A stretch of 64,000 nucleotides of DNA from Nitrospirota bacterium (GCA_021813405.1 JAKAKS010000038.1:42630-106629); one strand, 5' to 3'; shown: positions 17,845 through 28,709, counted from the stretch's first letter. The notes: generated by a model not told the origin, from the sequence alone. Numbers and translations: made by a program.

Positions 17845-20405
17845 TTACCGTTACCATAGACGGCAGAAAGATAGAGCTTGAAAAGCCCGTGACCATACTG
17901 GAAGCGGCCAGAGGAGCAGGCATCGAGATCCCCACGCTGTGCAGCCATCCCTCACTGGAGCTTTGGGGCGGGTGCAGGCTGTGCGTTGTGGAAGTGGAGA
18001 AGATGCCCCGCCTTCAGACCTCGTGCACAGTGAGCGTGGCCGACGGTATGGTAGTGCGCACGGAAACCCCGCAGGTTGCCCAGGCCAGAAAGGCCATGCT
18101 GGAATTCCTGCTTATAAACCATCCGCTTGAATGCCCAGTGTGCGACAAGGCCGGGGAATGCAAGCTTCAGGACCTCACAGTCAAATACGGGGCGGCCGCG
18201 GGCAGGTTTGAGGAAGGCAAAAGGGCATATCCGGAGAACACGGACGACCCCATAATAGTCCGCAACATGCAGCGCTGCATATTGTGCACCCGGTGCGTAA
18301 GGATGTGCGAAGGGGTGCAGGGCGCATACGCAATATCCGCAGTGGGCAGGGGGAACAAGTCCTACATAGAACCATTTTCCGGCGGCCGGTACGATTGCGA
18401 ATATTGCGGAAACTGCTTAAGCGTATGCCCGGTTGGTTCCATAATGTCCCGGCTGCACAGGTACTCTTACAGGCCATGGCAGATGGACAGAAAAGTAAAC
18501 ACCATATGCTCCTGGTGCGGCGTTGGCTGCACGCTTGCGCTGGAAGTGCGGGACGAGGAGATAAAAAGGGTGACTCCGGATTTCGGGGCGGGCGTTAACA
18601 AGGGCCTGCTATGCTGCCGGGGGCGCTTTGGATACGATTACGTAGCCAGCCCTCAAAGGCTGGCAAAGCCGCTCCTGCGCAACAAGTGCGGCGAACTGGA
18701 TCCGGCCGGCTGGGAAGAAGCCTATGACTTCATTGCCGGAAACCTGGCAAAGATTACCCGGGAGCACGGCCCTCAGTCTGTCGGTGCGATAGTGGGCGGG
18801 GGATGCACCAATGAAGATGGCTATCTGCTGCAGAAGATAATGCGGGGGCTTGGCTCAAACAATATCGATTCTATTTCCAGGCTGGGGCTTCTGCCGGTGC
18901 AGCAGATTATCGAACAGGCTTTGGGGCCAGGCGCAACTGCCAACCTTATGGAAGGCATAAAGATATCCGGCGCGGTACTCACAGTTGGCGGCGACCCAAC
19001 CAGTTTTAATCCCGTGCTTGGGCTTCAGGCCAGGGCGGCATCCCGCTTGAACAAGCCTGTTATAACCATAGGATATGCCCCGGGTATGAAAAGGCACAGG
19101 TCTCTGTCTCTCAATTGCGCGCCAGGCCAGGAAGGCGTTGTTCTGGCCGGTCTGCTCAAGGAGATATTTAATATCAGGCCCGTAACAGGAGACAACAATT
19201 CGCTTGGAGAGGCAATCGGCAGGTGGCAGGATATCCTGCCTTCCGCCGGTAAGGTTTCGGAACTTTCCGGAGCGGCGGCCCTGGACATAAAATCAGCCGC
19301 CAAAATCCTGGCTGAAACGCATAATCCAAGCATAATAGCCGGGCGTGAACTTGCCTCTTACGGGATGGGAAAGGCAAACGCTCTGCTTTTGGCTGCCATT
19401 GCATATATGCTCCATGCAAAAGTGTTTCTGATGTCCGAACTCTCCAACGAGCAGGGGCTGGCTGATGTGGGCTGCGCGCCTGAACTGCTGCCGGGCGGGG
19501 GTTCCAACTCCGAAAAAGGGCTCACGCTAATGGAGATGATAGAAGCCGCTGCAAGCGGCGGGCTCAAGGCGCTCTGGATACTAGGCGAAAACCCGGTGTT
19601 CAGCCTTCCAGGCGGCGATGCTGTAACGCAAGCTCTTAAAAAACTGGACTTGCTTATCGTGCAGGATATTTTCCACACTGAAACATCAGGGCTTGCCCAT
19701 GCGGTGTTGCCGGCCTCAGGCTGGGCCGAAACAGAAGGCACTTACACCAATCTTGAAAAGAGAATACAGTTGCTTAAAAAAGCTATTATAAAAGCAGACC
19801 GGCCAGAAAACTGGCGGGTGCTGGCCGGTGTTGGCAGCAGGCTTTCGCTTGATATGGCTTACAACAAAACATCGGATATAATGGACGAAATAGCAAAAGT
19901 CTCCAGCGTTCATGCCGGGCTTGCTTACAAGGACATTGAAAATGGGCCGGTATGGCCTTATAACGGCAAGCCGCCGGTGATGAGGCGGACCCCCGCACTG
20001 TTTGAAAACAGCCGTGATCTGATAAATCAGATGATAAACGATGCGGATGCGCAAAAGCGCCTGCCTGGATTCAGGCTTGCCCTGCACAGGCCGCTTGCCC
20101 ACAACGGTTACATGGGCCGCAACTCCAGGGCGCTTTTAAAGATAGACGGCGGGCCGAGGGCCATTCTGTCCAATGGGGACGCTGAAAGGCTTGGGCTTGA
20201 AAAAGGGCAGGTGGCGAAGGTGTCCGGAGCAAACGGCGCTTTTAAATTTAAAGTGGAACTGTGCGCGGATGTGCCGGAAGGCGTGATATATGCCAGTAAT
20301 GTTTTCAAGGGCGCCGGGGCCATGGGGCTTGCCGGATACAGGCTGGACCCGGAGACCATGATACCCATTGCCGTTGCCGATGGGCTGAAGGTGGAGAAGG
20401 CATGA
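17841..20405 (+). CDS. nuoG: NADH-quinone oxidoreductase subunit G
   Basis: N-terminal Fe-S Cys motifs (CSHP..CRLC, CPVCDKAGEC, CILCTRCVRMC, CEYCGNCLSVCP) followed by a molybdopterin-oxidoreductase-like domain. ATGA overlap with nuoF. Confidence 0.9.
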   Translation: MITVTIDGRKIELEKPVTILEAARGAGIEIPTLCSHPSLELWGGCRLCVVEVEKMPRLQTSCTVSVADGMVVRTETPQVAQARKAMLEFLLINHPLECPVCDKAGECKLQDLTVKYGAAAGRFEEGKRAYPENTDDPIIVRNMQRCILCTRCVRMCEGVQGAYAISAVGRGNKSYIEPFSGGRYDCEYCGNCLSVCPVGSIMSRLHRYSYRPWQMDRKVNTICSWCGVGCTLALEVRDEEIKRVTPDFGAGVNKGLLCCRGRFGYDYVASPQRLAKPLLRNKCGELDPAGWEEAYDFIAGNLAKITREHGPQSVGAIVGGGCTNEDGYLLQKIMRGLGSNNIDSISRLGLLPVQQIIEQALGPGATANLMEGIKISGAVLTVGGDPTSFNPVLGLQARAASRLNKPVITIGYAPGMKRHRSLSLNCAPGQEGVVLAGLLKEIFNIRPVTGDNNSLGEAIGRWQDILPSAGKVSELSGAAALDIKSAAKILAETHNPSIIAGRELASYGMGKANALLLAAIAYMLHAKVFLMSELSNEQGLADVGCAPELLPGGGSNSEKGLTLMEMIEAAASGGLKALWILGENPVFSLPGGDAVTQALKKLDLLIVQDIFHTETSGLAHAVLPASGWAETEGTYTNLEKRIQLLKKAIIKADRPENWRVLAGVGSRLSLDMAYNKTSDIMDEIAKVSSVHAGLAYKDIENGPVWPYNGKPPVMRRTPALFENSRDLINQMINDADAQKRLPGFRLALHRPLAHNGYMGRNSRALLKIDGGPRAILSNGDAERLGLEKGQVAKVSGANGAFKFKVELCADVPEGVIYASNVFKGAGAMGLAGYRLDPETMIPIAVADGLKVEKA

Positions 20406-21454
20406 ACCTGTTTGATTTATGGATGGGGACCAGCCAGGGCATCCAGGGCGCACCGGGTGCGGCTGGCGCCGCAGGCGTTGCCCTTCAACTGGCAATCATA
20501 ATCATCAAGGTGGCCGTCATAGTGGGCGTGCTGATGGTGCATGTGACGTGGGCAACCTATTTTGAAAGAAAGGCGATTGGGCACATGCAGGTGAGGCTTG
20601 GCCCTATGAGGGTTGGGCCGCACGGGTTTTTGCAGCCGATAGCGGATTTTATAAAGCTCTTCTTCAAGGAGGACGTCATACCGGCCTCCGCGGACAAGCC
20701 GGTATTTTTTATTGCTCCTGTTATCTCCATATTCGCAACCATGAGCGCGATAGCGGTTATCCCGATATTCAACGGTTTCGTGATAGCGGACATCAATATA
20801 GGGCTGCTTTATATCCTTGCCATGTCGTCGCTTTCGGCTTACGGCGTTATCATGGCCGGGTGGGCCTCCAATTCGAAATATTCGTTTCTTGGAGGTCTGA
20901 GGTCTTCCGCCCAGGTGATAAGCTATGAAGTGGCCATGGGCCTCTCCCTGGTTGGCGTTATGATGATGGCCGGCTCACTTAACCTTGCCGAGATTGTAAA
21001 GGCGCAGCAGAAATACCCGCTTGGCATCTTCGCCATCCCTCAGATTCTTGGGTTTTTTGTCTTCATGGTGTCGGCCTTTGCCGAGACAAACCGCACGCCC
21101 TTCGATCTGCCAGAGGCCGAGAGCGAGCTTGTTGCCGGGTACTTCACGGAGTACAGCGGCATGAGATTTGCGCTTTTCTACGTGGCCGAGTATATCGGCA
21201 TGATAGGCATGTCCCTTGTGGCCATAACATGTTTTCTGGGGGGCTGGACGGGCCCGTTCCATATACCTTACGTGCCCTTTGCCTGGCTGCTGATAAAACT
21301 CTACCTGATGATCTTCCTTTTCTACTGGGTGCGGGCCACGGTGCCAAGGTACAGGTACGACCAGCTCATGAAACTTGGATGGAAGTTCCTTATACCGCTT
21401 GCCCTGTTTAATATAGTGTTGACCGGGGCGGTAAAACTGCTGGTGAAAGCATGA
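20402..21454 (+). CDS. nuoH: NADH-quinone oxidoreductase subunit H
   Basis: Polytopic; ..ERKAIGHMQVRLGPMRVGP..LQPIADFIKL..AETNRTPFDLPEAESELVAGY.. ATGA overlap with nuoG. Confidence 0.9.
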   Translation: MNLFDLWMGTSQGIQGAPGAAGAAGVALQLAIIIIKVAVIVGVLMVHVTWATYFERKAIGHMQVRLGPMRVGPHGFLQPIADFIKLFFKEDVIPASADKPVFFIAPVISIFATMSAIAVIPIFNGFVIADINIGLLYILAMSSLSAYGVIMAGWASNSKYSFLGGLRSSAQVISYEVAMGLSLVGVMMMAGSLNLAEIVKAQQKYPLGIFAIPQILGFFVFMVSAFAETNRTPFDLPEAESELVAGYFTEYSGMRFALFYVAEYIGMIGMSLVAITCFLGGWTGPFHIPYVPFAWLLIKLYLMIFLFYWVRATVPRYRYDQLMKLGWKFLIPLALFNIVLTGAVKLLVKA

Positions 21455-22041
21455 AGGTTGATTTTAAAAAGATAGCCAGGACCATATTCCTGGCCGAGAT
21501 AGCAAAAGGGATGGCGCTTACGCTGAAGTCCATGTTCTCGCACGCCGTTACCAGGCAATATCCTAAGGAGAAGCCGGATGTGAAGCCTGGATTCAGGGGG
21601 CAGCACGCCTTTGTAAGGGACCCCAGCACCGGCAAGGAAAAATGTATCGCCTGCGGGCTTTGCGGAGCGGTCTGTCCTTCCCAGTGCATCTACATATACA
21701 CGAAAGAGGACCCGGATACCGGCAAGAAAGTAATAGACCGTTATGATATAGAACTCCTCCGCTGCGTTTACTGCGCCATGTGCGTGGAGGCCTGCCCTGT
21801 TGGCGCTGTGGCGCTTACTGAAAACTACGAGTACTCTTCCTATACCAGGGATGAGCTGTACATGACCAAGGAAAAACTGCTTGATAACTGGGACAAGTTC
21901 ATGGCCGGGGACAGAGGGCGGGAGTATTTCAGGAAATTCTGGACCCCTTTGGCTGACCAGTTCAAGGTCTATGAGGGACAGGCCCGCCACAAAAAAGGAC
22001 CCGGCGGAAATGGCGCGGTGGAGGGGAAAAAGACCGGATGA
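21451..22041 (+). CDS. nuoI: NADH-quinone oxidoreductase subunit I
   Basis: Two 4Fe-4S ferredoxin motifs (CIACGLCGAVCP and CVYCAMCVEACP). ATGA overlap with nuoH. Confidence 0.9.
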   Translation: MKVDFKKIARTIFLAEIAKGMALTLKSMFSHAVTRQYPKEKPDVKPGFRGQHAFVRDPSTGKEKCIACGLCGAVCPSQCIYIYTKEDPDTGKKVIDRYDIELLRCVYCAMCVEACPVGAVALTENYEYSSYTRDELYMTKEKLLDNWDKFMAGDRGREYFRKFWTPLADQFKVYEGQARHKKGPGGNGAVEGKKTG

Positions 22042-22544
22042 ACCCAATTGTATTTGGATACCTGGCGGCGGCGATACTTCTTTTATCGCTGCTGGCCGTA
22101 ACAAACAAAAACCCGGTGCATGCAATATTGCTTGTAATAGTTATGTTCTTTCATATGGCCGTGATGTATATAGGCCTGGGCGCGGAATTCCTTGCGGCCG
22201 TGCAGGTGATAGTATATGCGGGGGCCATACTGGTGCTTTTCCTATTTGTGGTGTTTGTGTTGAATATACGGGAAGAGACCGGCGGGGAGCGTTTCTCCAG
22301 CGTGTGGCCGTTCGGGCTTAGCATTGCAACCGGGCTTCTGCTTCTGGCGGTAATCCTGTCCGGCAAGGTCCGGCTTGGCGCGATGGGCCCTTATACGCCC
22401 CAGGTTATATCCGCCGAAACGCATACCAAGATACTGGGCAGGGTTCTGTACACGGATTACATACTTCCGTTCGAGATAGCCTCGCTAATCCTGCTTGTTG
22501 CCGTTGTAGGGGCTATAACGCTTGCCGGCAGGGAGGACAGGTAA
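22038..22544 (+). CDS. nuoJ: NADH-quinone oxidoreductase subunit J
   Basis: 168 aa, hydrophobic, ..VQVIVYAGAILVLFLFVV.. In the syntenic position. Confidence 0.85.
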   Translation: MNPIVFGYLAAAILLLSLLAVTNKNPVHAILLVIVMFFHMAVMYIGLGAEFLAAVQVIVYAGAILVLFLFVVFVLNIREETGGERFSSVWPFGLSIATGLLLLAVILSGKVRLGAMGPYTPQVISAETHTKILGRVLYTDYILPFEIASLILLVAVVGAITLAGREDR

Positions 22545-22847
22545 ATGGTCCCGGTGCAGTGGTATGTATGGCTTGGCCTGGCGCTCTTCATGGTGGGGGT
22601 GTTTGGCTTCCTGACCAGGCGCAGCATAATAATGATGTTTCTTTCGATAGAGATAATGCTTAACGCCGTGAATCTCCTGTTCGTGGCGTTTGCCCATTTT
22701 CTGAACGATTTAAGAGGGCATACGATGGTGATATTCATAATCACTGTGGCTGCCGCCGAAGCGGCCATGGGGCTTGCCATTCTGGTTTCCGTGGTAAGAA
22801 ACAGGCTGTCCGCACATGTGGACGAGATAAAGCAGATGAAAGGATAA
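22545..22847 (+). CDS. nuoK: NADH-quinone oxidoreductase subunit K
   Basis: 100 aa, three TM segments, ..SIEIMLNAVNL..AAAEAAMGLAI.. Confidence 0.85.
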   Translation: MVPVQWYVWLGLALFMVGVFGFLTRRSIIMMFLSIEIMLNAVNLLFVAFAHFLNDLRGHTMVIFIITVAAAEAAMGLAILVSVVRNRLSAHVDEIKQMKG

Positions 22848-24812
22848 ATGGACCACCTTTATTTGCTTATACCGGCCCTCCCGCTGCTGGGGTTCATAAT
22901 CAACATAACCCTGGGCAGGGGGCTGATAAAGGGCAAGGCGCACCTGGTGGCGATACCGGCGGTATTTCTGTCCTGGGCGGCCGCGATGTACACTGTGGCG
23001 CAGGTTGCCGGCGGCACAATTGTCTCGAGGGACTTTTATACCTGGATAGTGTCCGGCGGCTTCAGTGTGAGCGTTGGCTTCCTTATAGACCAGCTTACGG
23101 CTGTTATGCTTGTGGTGGTTACCACCGTAAGCCTGCTTGTGCACATATATTCCACCGGCTACATGCGCGGGGACAAGGGATTTTACAGGTTCTTTGCCTA
23201 CCTGAACCTCTTTACGTTTTCCATGCTTATGCTGATAATGTCCAACAATTTCCTGCAACTTTATTTCGGGTGGGAGGCGGTCGGGCTCTGCTCTTATTTC
23301 CTGATAGGCTTCTGGTACGAAAAGAAGTCCGCGGCTGATGCGGGCAAGAAGGCCTTCATAGTAAACCGCTTCGGGGACTTTGGTTTTGGCCTTGGCGTGT
23401 TCATGATATTCCTTGCCTTCGGCACGCTGCATTACGGGCCGGTCTTCCAGTCCGCCCCTGGCGTGCTTGCCGGAAAAACCGTAATGCTGTTTGGGCTATC
23501 CGTGCCGCTTGCCACGCTGATATCGCTTCTTCTGTTTTGCGGGGCCGTTGGCAAGTCGGCGCAGTTGCCTTTGCACATATGGCTTCCGGACGCCATGGAA
23601 GGCCCCACGCCGGTAAGCGCTCTTATACACGCGGCAACGATGGTGACGGCAGGTGTATTTATGGTTGCAAGATGCAACCCCATATTCAGCCTGTCTCCTT
23701 TGGCCATGGCCGTGGTGGGGCTGACAGGCGCAGTAACGGCCCTGTTTGCGGCAACGATTGCTCTTGTGCAAAACGACATAAAGCGGATAATAGCCTATTC
23801 CACTATAAGCCAGCTTGGCTATATGTTCCTGGCCTGCGGGGTGGGGGCTTACGGAGCGGGCATATTCCATCTGTACACGCATGCTTTTTTCAAGGCGCTG
23901 CTGTTTCTTGGCGCAGGCTCGGTGATGCATTCGATGCAGGGCGAGTTGGACATCCAGAAAATGGGCGGGCTTAAAAAGTATATGCCGGTTACGTACTGGA
24001 CGTTCCTGGCGGCATCCCTGTCGATCTCGGGCATTCCGGGTTTCGCCGGTTTCTTCAGCAAGGACGAGATACTCTGGAAAGCCTATTCAGCCGGTGGCAT
24101 TGGTATATTGCTCTGGGGCCTCGGCACCCTGGCCGCACTGCTTACGGCATTCTATTCTTTCAGGCTGTTCTTTCTGGCCTTCCATGGCAAATTCAGGGGA
24201 GGACATGAACTGGAGCACCATCTTCATGAAGCGCCAAAATCGATGACCGTGCCGCTTGCCATACTGGGCATAGGCGCTGTGGCTGCGGGCTGGGTGGGGC
24301 TGCCGTCCTTTATCGGAGATGCCCTTGGGATCGGCCAGCCGGATAAATTCGGCGCGTTCCTTTCGCCGGTGTTTGTAAATGTTCCCGGCGGCGCGGAATC
24401 TGCCGTATCCGGTGAAGCAATGGTTACCGGGCTTTCGGTTGCCGTTGGCCTGCTTGGCATATTGATAGCCGCATACATGTACATGTGGAAGCCGGAGACT
24501 GCAAAGGCGCTTAAGCAAAAGCTCCCGGGCATACACAAGGTGCTCTGGAACAAATATTATGTTGATGAACTGTACAATTTCATTATAGTGAAACCCGCGT
24601 TCTGGACGGCCCGGAATTTCATAGCGGGCACAAGCGACGGCAAGGTGATTGAAGGCGTGGTCAACGGCGTTCCAAGGGCAATAGACTCCTTCGGGCGGAA
24701 GCTCAGGAAGCTCCAGACGGGCATGCTGCAGGACTATGCTGCAATAATGGCGTTTTGCATATTTGCTTTCATCGCCGCTGCACTTGTCTTTTGGAAGGCA
24801 ATGGGGGGATAA
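22848..24812 (+). CDS. nuoL: NADH-quinone oxidoreductase subunit L
   Basis: 654 aa antiporter-like subunit: ..LQLYFGWEAVGLCSYFLIGFWYEK..KSAQLPLHIWLPDAMEGPTPVSALIHAATMV.. Confidence 0.9.
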   Translation: MDHLYLLIPALPLLGFIINITLGRGLIKGKAHLVAIPAVFLSWAAAMYTVAQVAGGTIVSRDFYTWIVSGGFSVSVGFLIDQLTAVMLVVVTTVSLLVHIYSTGYMRGDKGFYRFFAYLNLFTFSMLMLIMSNNFLQLYFGWEAVGLCSYFLIGFWYEKKSAADAGKKAFIVNRFGDFGFGLGVFMIFLAFGTLHYGPVFQSAPGVLAGKTVMLFGLSVPLATLISLLLFCGAVGKSAQLPLHIWLPDAMEGPTPVSALIHAATMVTAGVFMVARCNPIFSLSPLAMAVVGLTGAVTALFAATIALVQNDIKRIIAYSTISQLGYMFLACGVGAYGAGIFHLYTHAFFKALLFLGAGSVMHSMQGELDIQKMGGLKKYMPVTYWTFLAASLSISGIPGFAGFFSKDEILWKAYSAGGIGILLWGLGTLAALLTAFYSFRLFFLAFHGKFRGGHELEHHLHEAPKSMTVPLAILGIGAVAAGWVGLPSFIGDALGIGQPDKFGAFLSPVFVNVPGGAESAVSGEAMVTGLSVAVGLLGILIAAYMYMWKPETAKALKQKLPGIHKVLWNKYYVDELYNFIIVKPAFWTARNFIAGTSDGKVIEGVVNGVPRAIDSFGRKLRKLQTGMLQDYAAIMAFCIFAFIAAALVFWKAMGG

Positions 24813-24817
24813 CCGTT

Positions 24818-26347
24818 ATGGCGAACTTTGGATATACGGCTGGATATCCGGTGTTAAGCACACTTATATTTCTGCCCGTAATAGGCGCGTTTGCAATCGG
24901 CCTGATAAAAAAGGAAAAGGCCGGCCTCATTAAGGTCTTGTCACTTATTACCAGCCTTCTTGTGTTCGCTGCGTCTGTGCCGCTTTTTATCTTCTTCGAC
25001 AAGACCACCTCCAACATGCAGTTTGTGGAATGGTACAGCTGGATACCGCCCTTCAATATCGATTACCATGTGGGGGTGGACGGCATAAGCGTGCTCTTTG
25101 TGCTGCTTTCCACGCTGGTCACCATACTTTGCGTGATCATCTCATGGAATTCCGTAAAGGACAAGGTGAAGGAATTCTACATGGCGCTCCTTCTGATAGA
25201 GGGCGCGATGGTAGGCGTTTTCTGCTCGGTGGACTTCTTCCTCTTTTACGTGTTCTGGGAGGCCATGCTGATACCCATGTATCTGATAATAGGCGTATGG
25301 GGCGGGCCCAACAGGCTGTATGCGGCGATCAAGTTCTTCCTGTATACGCTTGTGGGCAGCGTGCTGATGCTGGTGGGCATAATCGCCCTGTACCTGCACG
25401 CGGGCAGGGACTTCGATATCCAGCACCTTGCCAATATGAAGTACCCGCTTTCCATGCAGATGTGGCTGTTCTGGGCGTTTTTTGCGGCCTTTGCAGTAAA
25501 GGTGCCCATGTTCCCAGTGCACACGTGGCTGCCGGACGCCCATACCGAGGCCCCAACGGCTGGCAGCGTTATACTTGCCGCCGTGCTTATAAAGATGGGG
25601 GCCTACGGGTTTTTAAGGTTCTCGCTTCCCATGTTCCCGGACGCCTCCCGCGCAATGGCCATGCCCATGATGGTGCTTTCCGTTATAGCGATAATCTATG
25701 GCGGCATAGTGTGCCTTGCGCAGACGGATTTGAAGCGGCTGATAGCGTACAGTTCGGTAAGCCATATGGGTTTTGTGACCCTTGGGATATTCGCCCTTAA
25801 CGTCCAGGGAATGGAGGGCGGCATTCTGCAAATGCTGAACCACGGCATAGTTACCGGCGCGCTCTTTTTGTGTGTTGGCATTATATATGAAAGGACGCAT
25901 TCAAGGCAGATTTCCGATTACGGCGGCGCGGCCACCGTGCTGCCGGTGTATGCCGGGCTGTTCATGCTGTTTACGCTGGCGGCCATAGGGCTGCCGGGCA
26001 CAAACGGCTTTGTGGGCGAATTCCTGATCCTGCTGGGCGGGTTTACTGCCAACAAGGCAGCCGGCGCGATCGCGGCAACCGGGATCATCATAGGCGCGGG
26101 ATACATGCTGTGGCTATATCAGAGGATGTTTTTCCAGTCTGTCAACCCGAAGCTGGAGGGATTTTCCGATATTTCCGCCAGGGAATTTATTACTCTGGCC
26201 CCGATGGCGGCGCTTGTCTTCTGGATAGGGTTTTATCCGGATGCGTTTTTAAGTTTCCTGCACCCTTCCGTGCAGGCCATTATAAACAGGGTGCAGCCAG
26301 CGGCTGGCGGCAATGCGGTTGCGGATTTCCTGAGGCTTTTCGCCTAG
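24818..26347 (+). CDS. nuoM: NADH-quinone oxidoreductase subunit M
   Basis: ATG 24818 (MANFGYTAGYP..). ..FYVFWEAMLIPMYLIIGVWGG..KVPMFPVHTWLPDAHTEAPTAGSVILA.. is the NuoM signature, not the NuoN one. Confidence 0.9.
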   Translation: MANFGYTAGYPVLSTLIFLPVIGAFAIGLIKKEKAGLIKVLSLITSLLVFAASVPLFIFFDKTTSNMQFVEWYSWIPPFNIDYHVGVDGISVLFVLLSTLVTILCVIISWNSVKDKVKEFYMALLLIEGAMVGVFCSVDFFLFYVFWEAMLIPMYLIIGVWGGPNRLYAAIKFFLYTLVGSVLMLVGIIALYLHAGRDFDIQHLANMKYPLSMQMWLFWAFFAAFAVKVPMFPVHTWLPDAHTEAPTAGSVILAAVLIKMGAYGFLRFSLPMFPDASRAMAMPMMVLSVIAIIYGGIVCLAQTDLKRLIAYSSVSHMGFVTLGIFALNVQGMEGGILQMLNHGIVTGALFLCVGIIYERTHSRQISDYGGAATVLPVYAGLFMLFTLAAIGLPGTNGFVGEFLILLGGFTANKAAGAIAATGIIIGAGYMLWLYQRMFFQSVNPKLEGFSDISAREFITLAPMAALVFWIGFYPDAFLSFLHPSVQAIINRVQPAAGGNAVADFLRLFA

Positions 26348-26366
26348 GAGGAAAAGCCCTGACGGC

Positions 26367-27050
26367 CTAGACGTCGCCTTCCAGTTTTTCGAATTCGGAC
26401 GGCAGCATGTGGCGGATTATCCTGCCTTTAACCATGTAAACAACCATCTCCGCAATATTGGTTGCGTGGTCGCCGATGCGCTCCAGGTATTTTGAAACAT
26501 ATGAGAGCTTTACGGCGCGTGAAACTGTGGCGGGGTCCTGGGTCATTATGAAGGTAAGCTCGTTAAGCACGGAATCGTTGAGGTCATCAATCTCGTCGTC
26601 CTGTCTTATTACCTGTATGGCGGCCTCCACGTCCTCGTTCAAAAAGGCGTCTATGGCGCGTTTCACCATGTTCTGGGCTATCTCGCTCATCCTTGGTATG
26701 TCCACATAAGGTTTAAGCAGGGGTTCGGTATCAAGCTCCAGGGCGCGCTCGGCAATATTTACCGCGTTGTCGGCGATGCGCTCCAGGTCGGTCGTTATCT
26801 TCATGGCGGTGGTTATGAACCGCAGGTCCCTGCCCATTGGCTGCCGGAGGGCAAGCAGGTTTATGCATTCCTCATCTATCTGCACGTCCAGGGAATTTAT
26901 GCGCCTGTCGCCCTGGATTACCTCGTTGGCCAGTTTCTGGTCCCTTTCTACAAGGCCCACAACGCTGTTGTGTATTGCCGCCTGCGTCAAGGCGGCCATC
27001 GAAAGCAGGTTGTCCCTGAGTTTCCTGAAGTCTTCTTCCCTTACCGGCAT
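26367..27050 (-). CDS. phoU: Phosphate signalling complex protein PhoU
   Basis: 227 aa with two PhoU repeats: ..DLERIADNAVNIAE.. and ..YLERIGDHATNIAE.. Confidence 0.9.
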   Translation of the reverse strand: MPVREEDFRKLRDNLLSMAALTQAAIHNSVVGLVERDQKLANEVIQGDRRINSLDVQIDEECINLLALRQPMGRDLRFITTAMKITTDLERIADNAVNIAERALELDTEPLLKPYVDIPRMSEIAQNMVKRAIDAFLNEDVEAAIQVIRQDDEIDDLNDSVLNELTFIMTQDPATVSRAVKLSYVSKYLERIGDHATNIAEMVVYMVKGRIIRHMLPSEFEKLEGDV

Positions 27051-27098
27051 TACCTTTCCCCTTTTTCAGTATTTAACACCAGATCAGCCCGGCTTATT

Positions 27099-27857
27099 CT
27101 AGCCGAACCGGCCGGTTATGTAATCTTCAGTCAGCTTCTCCCTTGGGGAGGTGAACATCTGCTCGGTCTTTTCGAACTCCACCAGCTCCCCAAGCATCAA
27201 AAACCCCGTCCACTCCGACACGCGGGCCGCCTGCTGAAGATTGTGAGTAACGATTAAGATTGTAACATCTTTTTTAAGCTCCTCAACCAGCTCTTCTATC
27301 TTGGCCGTGGATATGGGGTCCAGCGCGCTGGTAGGCTCGTCAAAAAGAATGGCTTCGGGCTCTACGGCCAGCGCCCTTGCTATAACAAGCCTTTGCTGCT
27401 GCCCGCCCGAAAGAGCATAGGCGCTCTGGTGCAGCTTGTCTTTCACCTCGTTCCACAGGGCCGCCTGTATAAGCGCATGCTCCACCTTTTCCGACAAAAG
27501 GCCCCGCTTTTTTACCCCGCGCAGTTTCAGCCCGTAAGCGATGTTGTCGAATATGGTCATCGGAAAGGGCGTTGGCTTCTGAAAGACCATACCAATCCGG
27601 CTTCTAAGGCTTATCAGGTCCACGCCCTGGGTCAGTATATTTCTGCCCTCAAAGAGTATCTCCCCCTCGTAGCGATTGCCTGGATAAAGGTCGTGCATGC
27701 GGTTGAAGCACCTCAGCAGGGTGGTCTTGCCGCAGCCAGACGGGCCTATCAGGGCGGTAATGGAGTGTTTGTACACCTGCAGGTTTATGTTTTTAAGGGA
27801 ATGGTGCCCGCCCGGATAATAAAAGTTCAGCCCCTTTACGTCAAAATCAATATTCAT
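27099..27857 (-). CDS. pstB: Phosphate ABC transporter ATP-binding protein
   Basis: Walker [10 protein letters not shown], signature LSGGQQQRL, Walker [12 protein letters not shown], and a PstB-type N-terminus. Confidence 0.9.
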   Translation of the reverse strand: MNIDFDVKGLNFYYPGGHHSLKNINLQVYKHSITALIGPSGCGKTTLLRCFNRMHDLYPGNRYEGEILFEGRNILTQGVDLISLRSRIGMVFQKPTPFPMTIFDNIAYGLKLRGVKKRGLLSEKVEHALIQAALWNEVKDKLHQSAYALSGGQQQRLVIARALAVEPEAILFDEPTSALDPISTAKIEELVEELKKDVTILIVTHNLQQAARVSEWTGFLMLGELVEFEKTEQMFTSPREKLTEDYITGRFG

Positions 27858-28696
27858 TTATTTCCGTACCTCAGTTTTATAAATATCCTCCCCACTATGG
27901 TGATTACAAGAATAAAAAGCGTTATTACCAGGGCGGCGGCCCATGCCTGCTGGTGCCAGTCGTCATACGGCCCCATGGCGTACTGGAATATGGTCACGGT
28001 AAGCGACGCCACCGGCCCCTTCATATCAGTAGAAAAGAAATTATTGCTGAAGGACGTAAACAAAAGCGGCGCCGTCTCCCCGGCCACGCGCGCTATGGAC
28101 AGAAGCACGCCCGTGAATATGCCCGTAATCGCCCCCCTGTATACCACCTGGGTTATCACCTTGTATTTTGGCGCGCCCAGGGCGAAGGCGGCTTCCCGGA
28201 GCGTCCATGGCACAAGCCGTAGCATGTTTTCAGTGGTCCTCAGAACTACGGGAACCATCACAACGGCCAGCGCCACGGAACCGGCCCATCCGCTAAAATG
28301 CCCCAGTGGTTTAACCATAACGGCGTATATGAACGTGCCCACAACCATTGTAGGCACGCTTATCATTATATCCGACAGCGCGCTTATCGTCCTTGTCACC
28401 TTGCCATGCCCGGCGTATTCGGCCAGAAATGTGCCGCCAAGCAGCCCTATTGGCACTCCAAAAAGCGTGGCAAACAGGGTTATCAGCCCCTGGCCCACGA
28501 AGGCATTTTTAAGCCCGCCGCCCTCAACCCCTTCAGGAGTAGGGTTATGCAGGAACAGTGAAGGCGTCAAAGCGGAGGCCCCCTTCATTATTAAGTCGCC
28601 CAATATGAAAACAAGCCAGAACAGCCCCACTAATGCAGCCACGGTGCTTAATACAAGCGCAAGCGCGCTCTCGATTTTCCTGGTCCTCTCGCTCAT
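27854..28696 (-). CDS. pstA: Phosphate ABC transporter permease PstA
   Basis: Polytopic; EAA-type loop ..[16 protein letters not shown].. ATGA-type overlap with pstB. Confidence 0.85.
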   Translation of the reverse strand: MSERTRKIESALALVLSTVAALVGLFWLVFILGDLIMKGASALTPSLFLHNPTPEGVEGGGLKNAFVGQGLITLFATLFGVPIGLLGGTFLAEYAGHGKVTRTISALSDIMISVPTMVVGTFIYAVMVKPLGHFSGWAGSVALAVVMVPVVLRTTENMLRLVPWTLREAAFALGAPKYKVITQVVYRGAITGIFTGVLLSIARVAGETAPLLFTSFSNNFFSTDMKGPVASLTVTIFQYAMGPYDDWHQQAWAAALVITLFILVITIVGRIFIKLRYGNK

Positions 28697-28709
28697 AAAA
28701 CCACCCGCA

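Noticed and set aside
21322-22125. 267-aa minus-strand ORF, plus alternate-frame ORFs in nuoL, nuoM and the MacB permease gene (25030-25800, 52125-52880)
   Set aside because: They overlap strongly conserved nuo and macB genes. Their products are Arg/Gly/Pro-rich and of low complexity.
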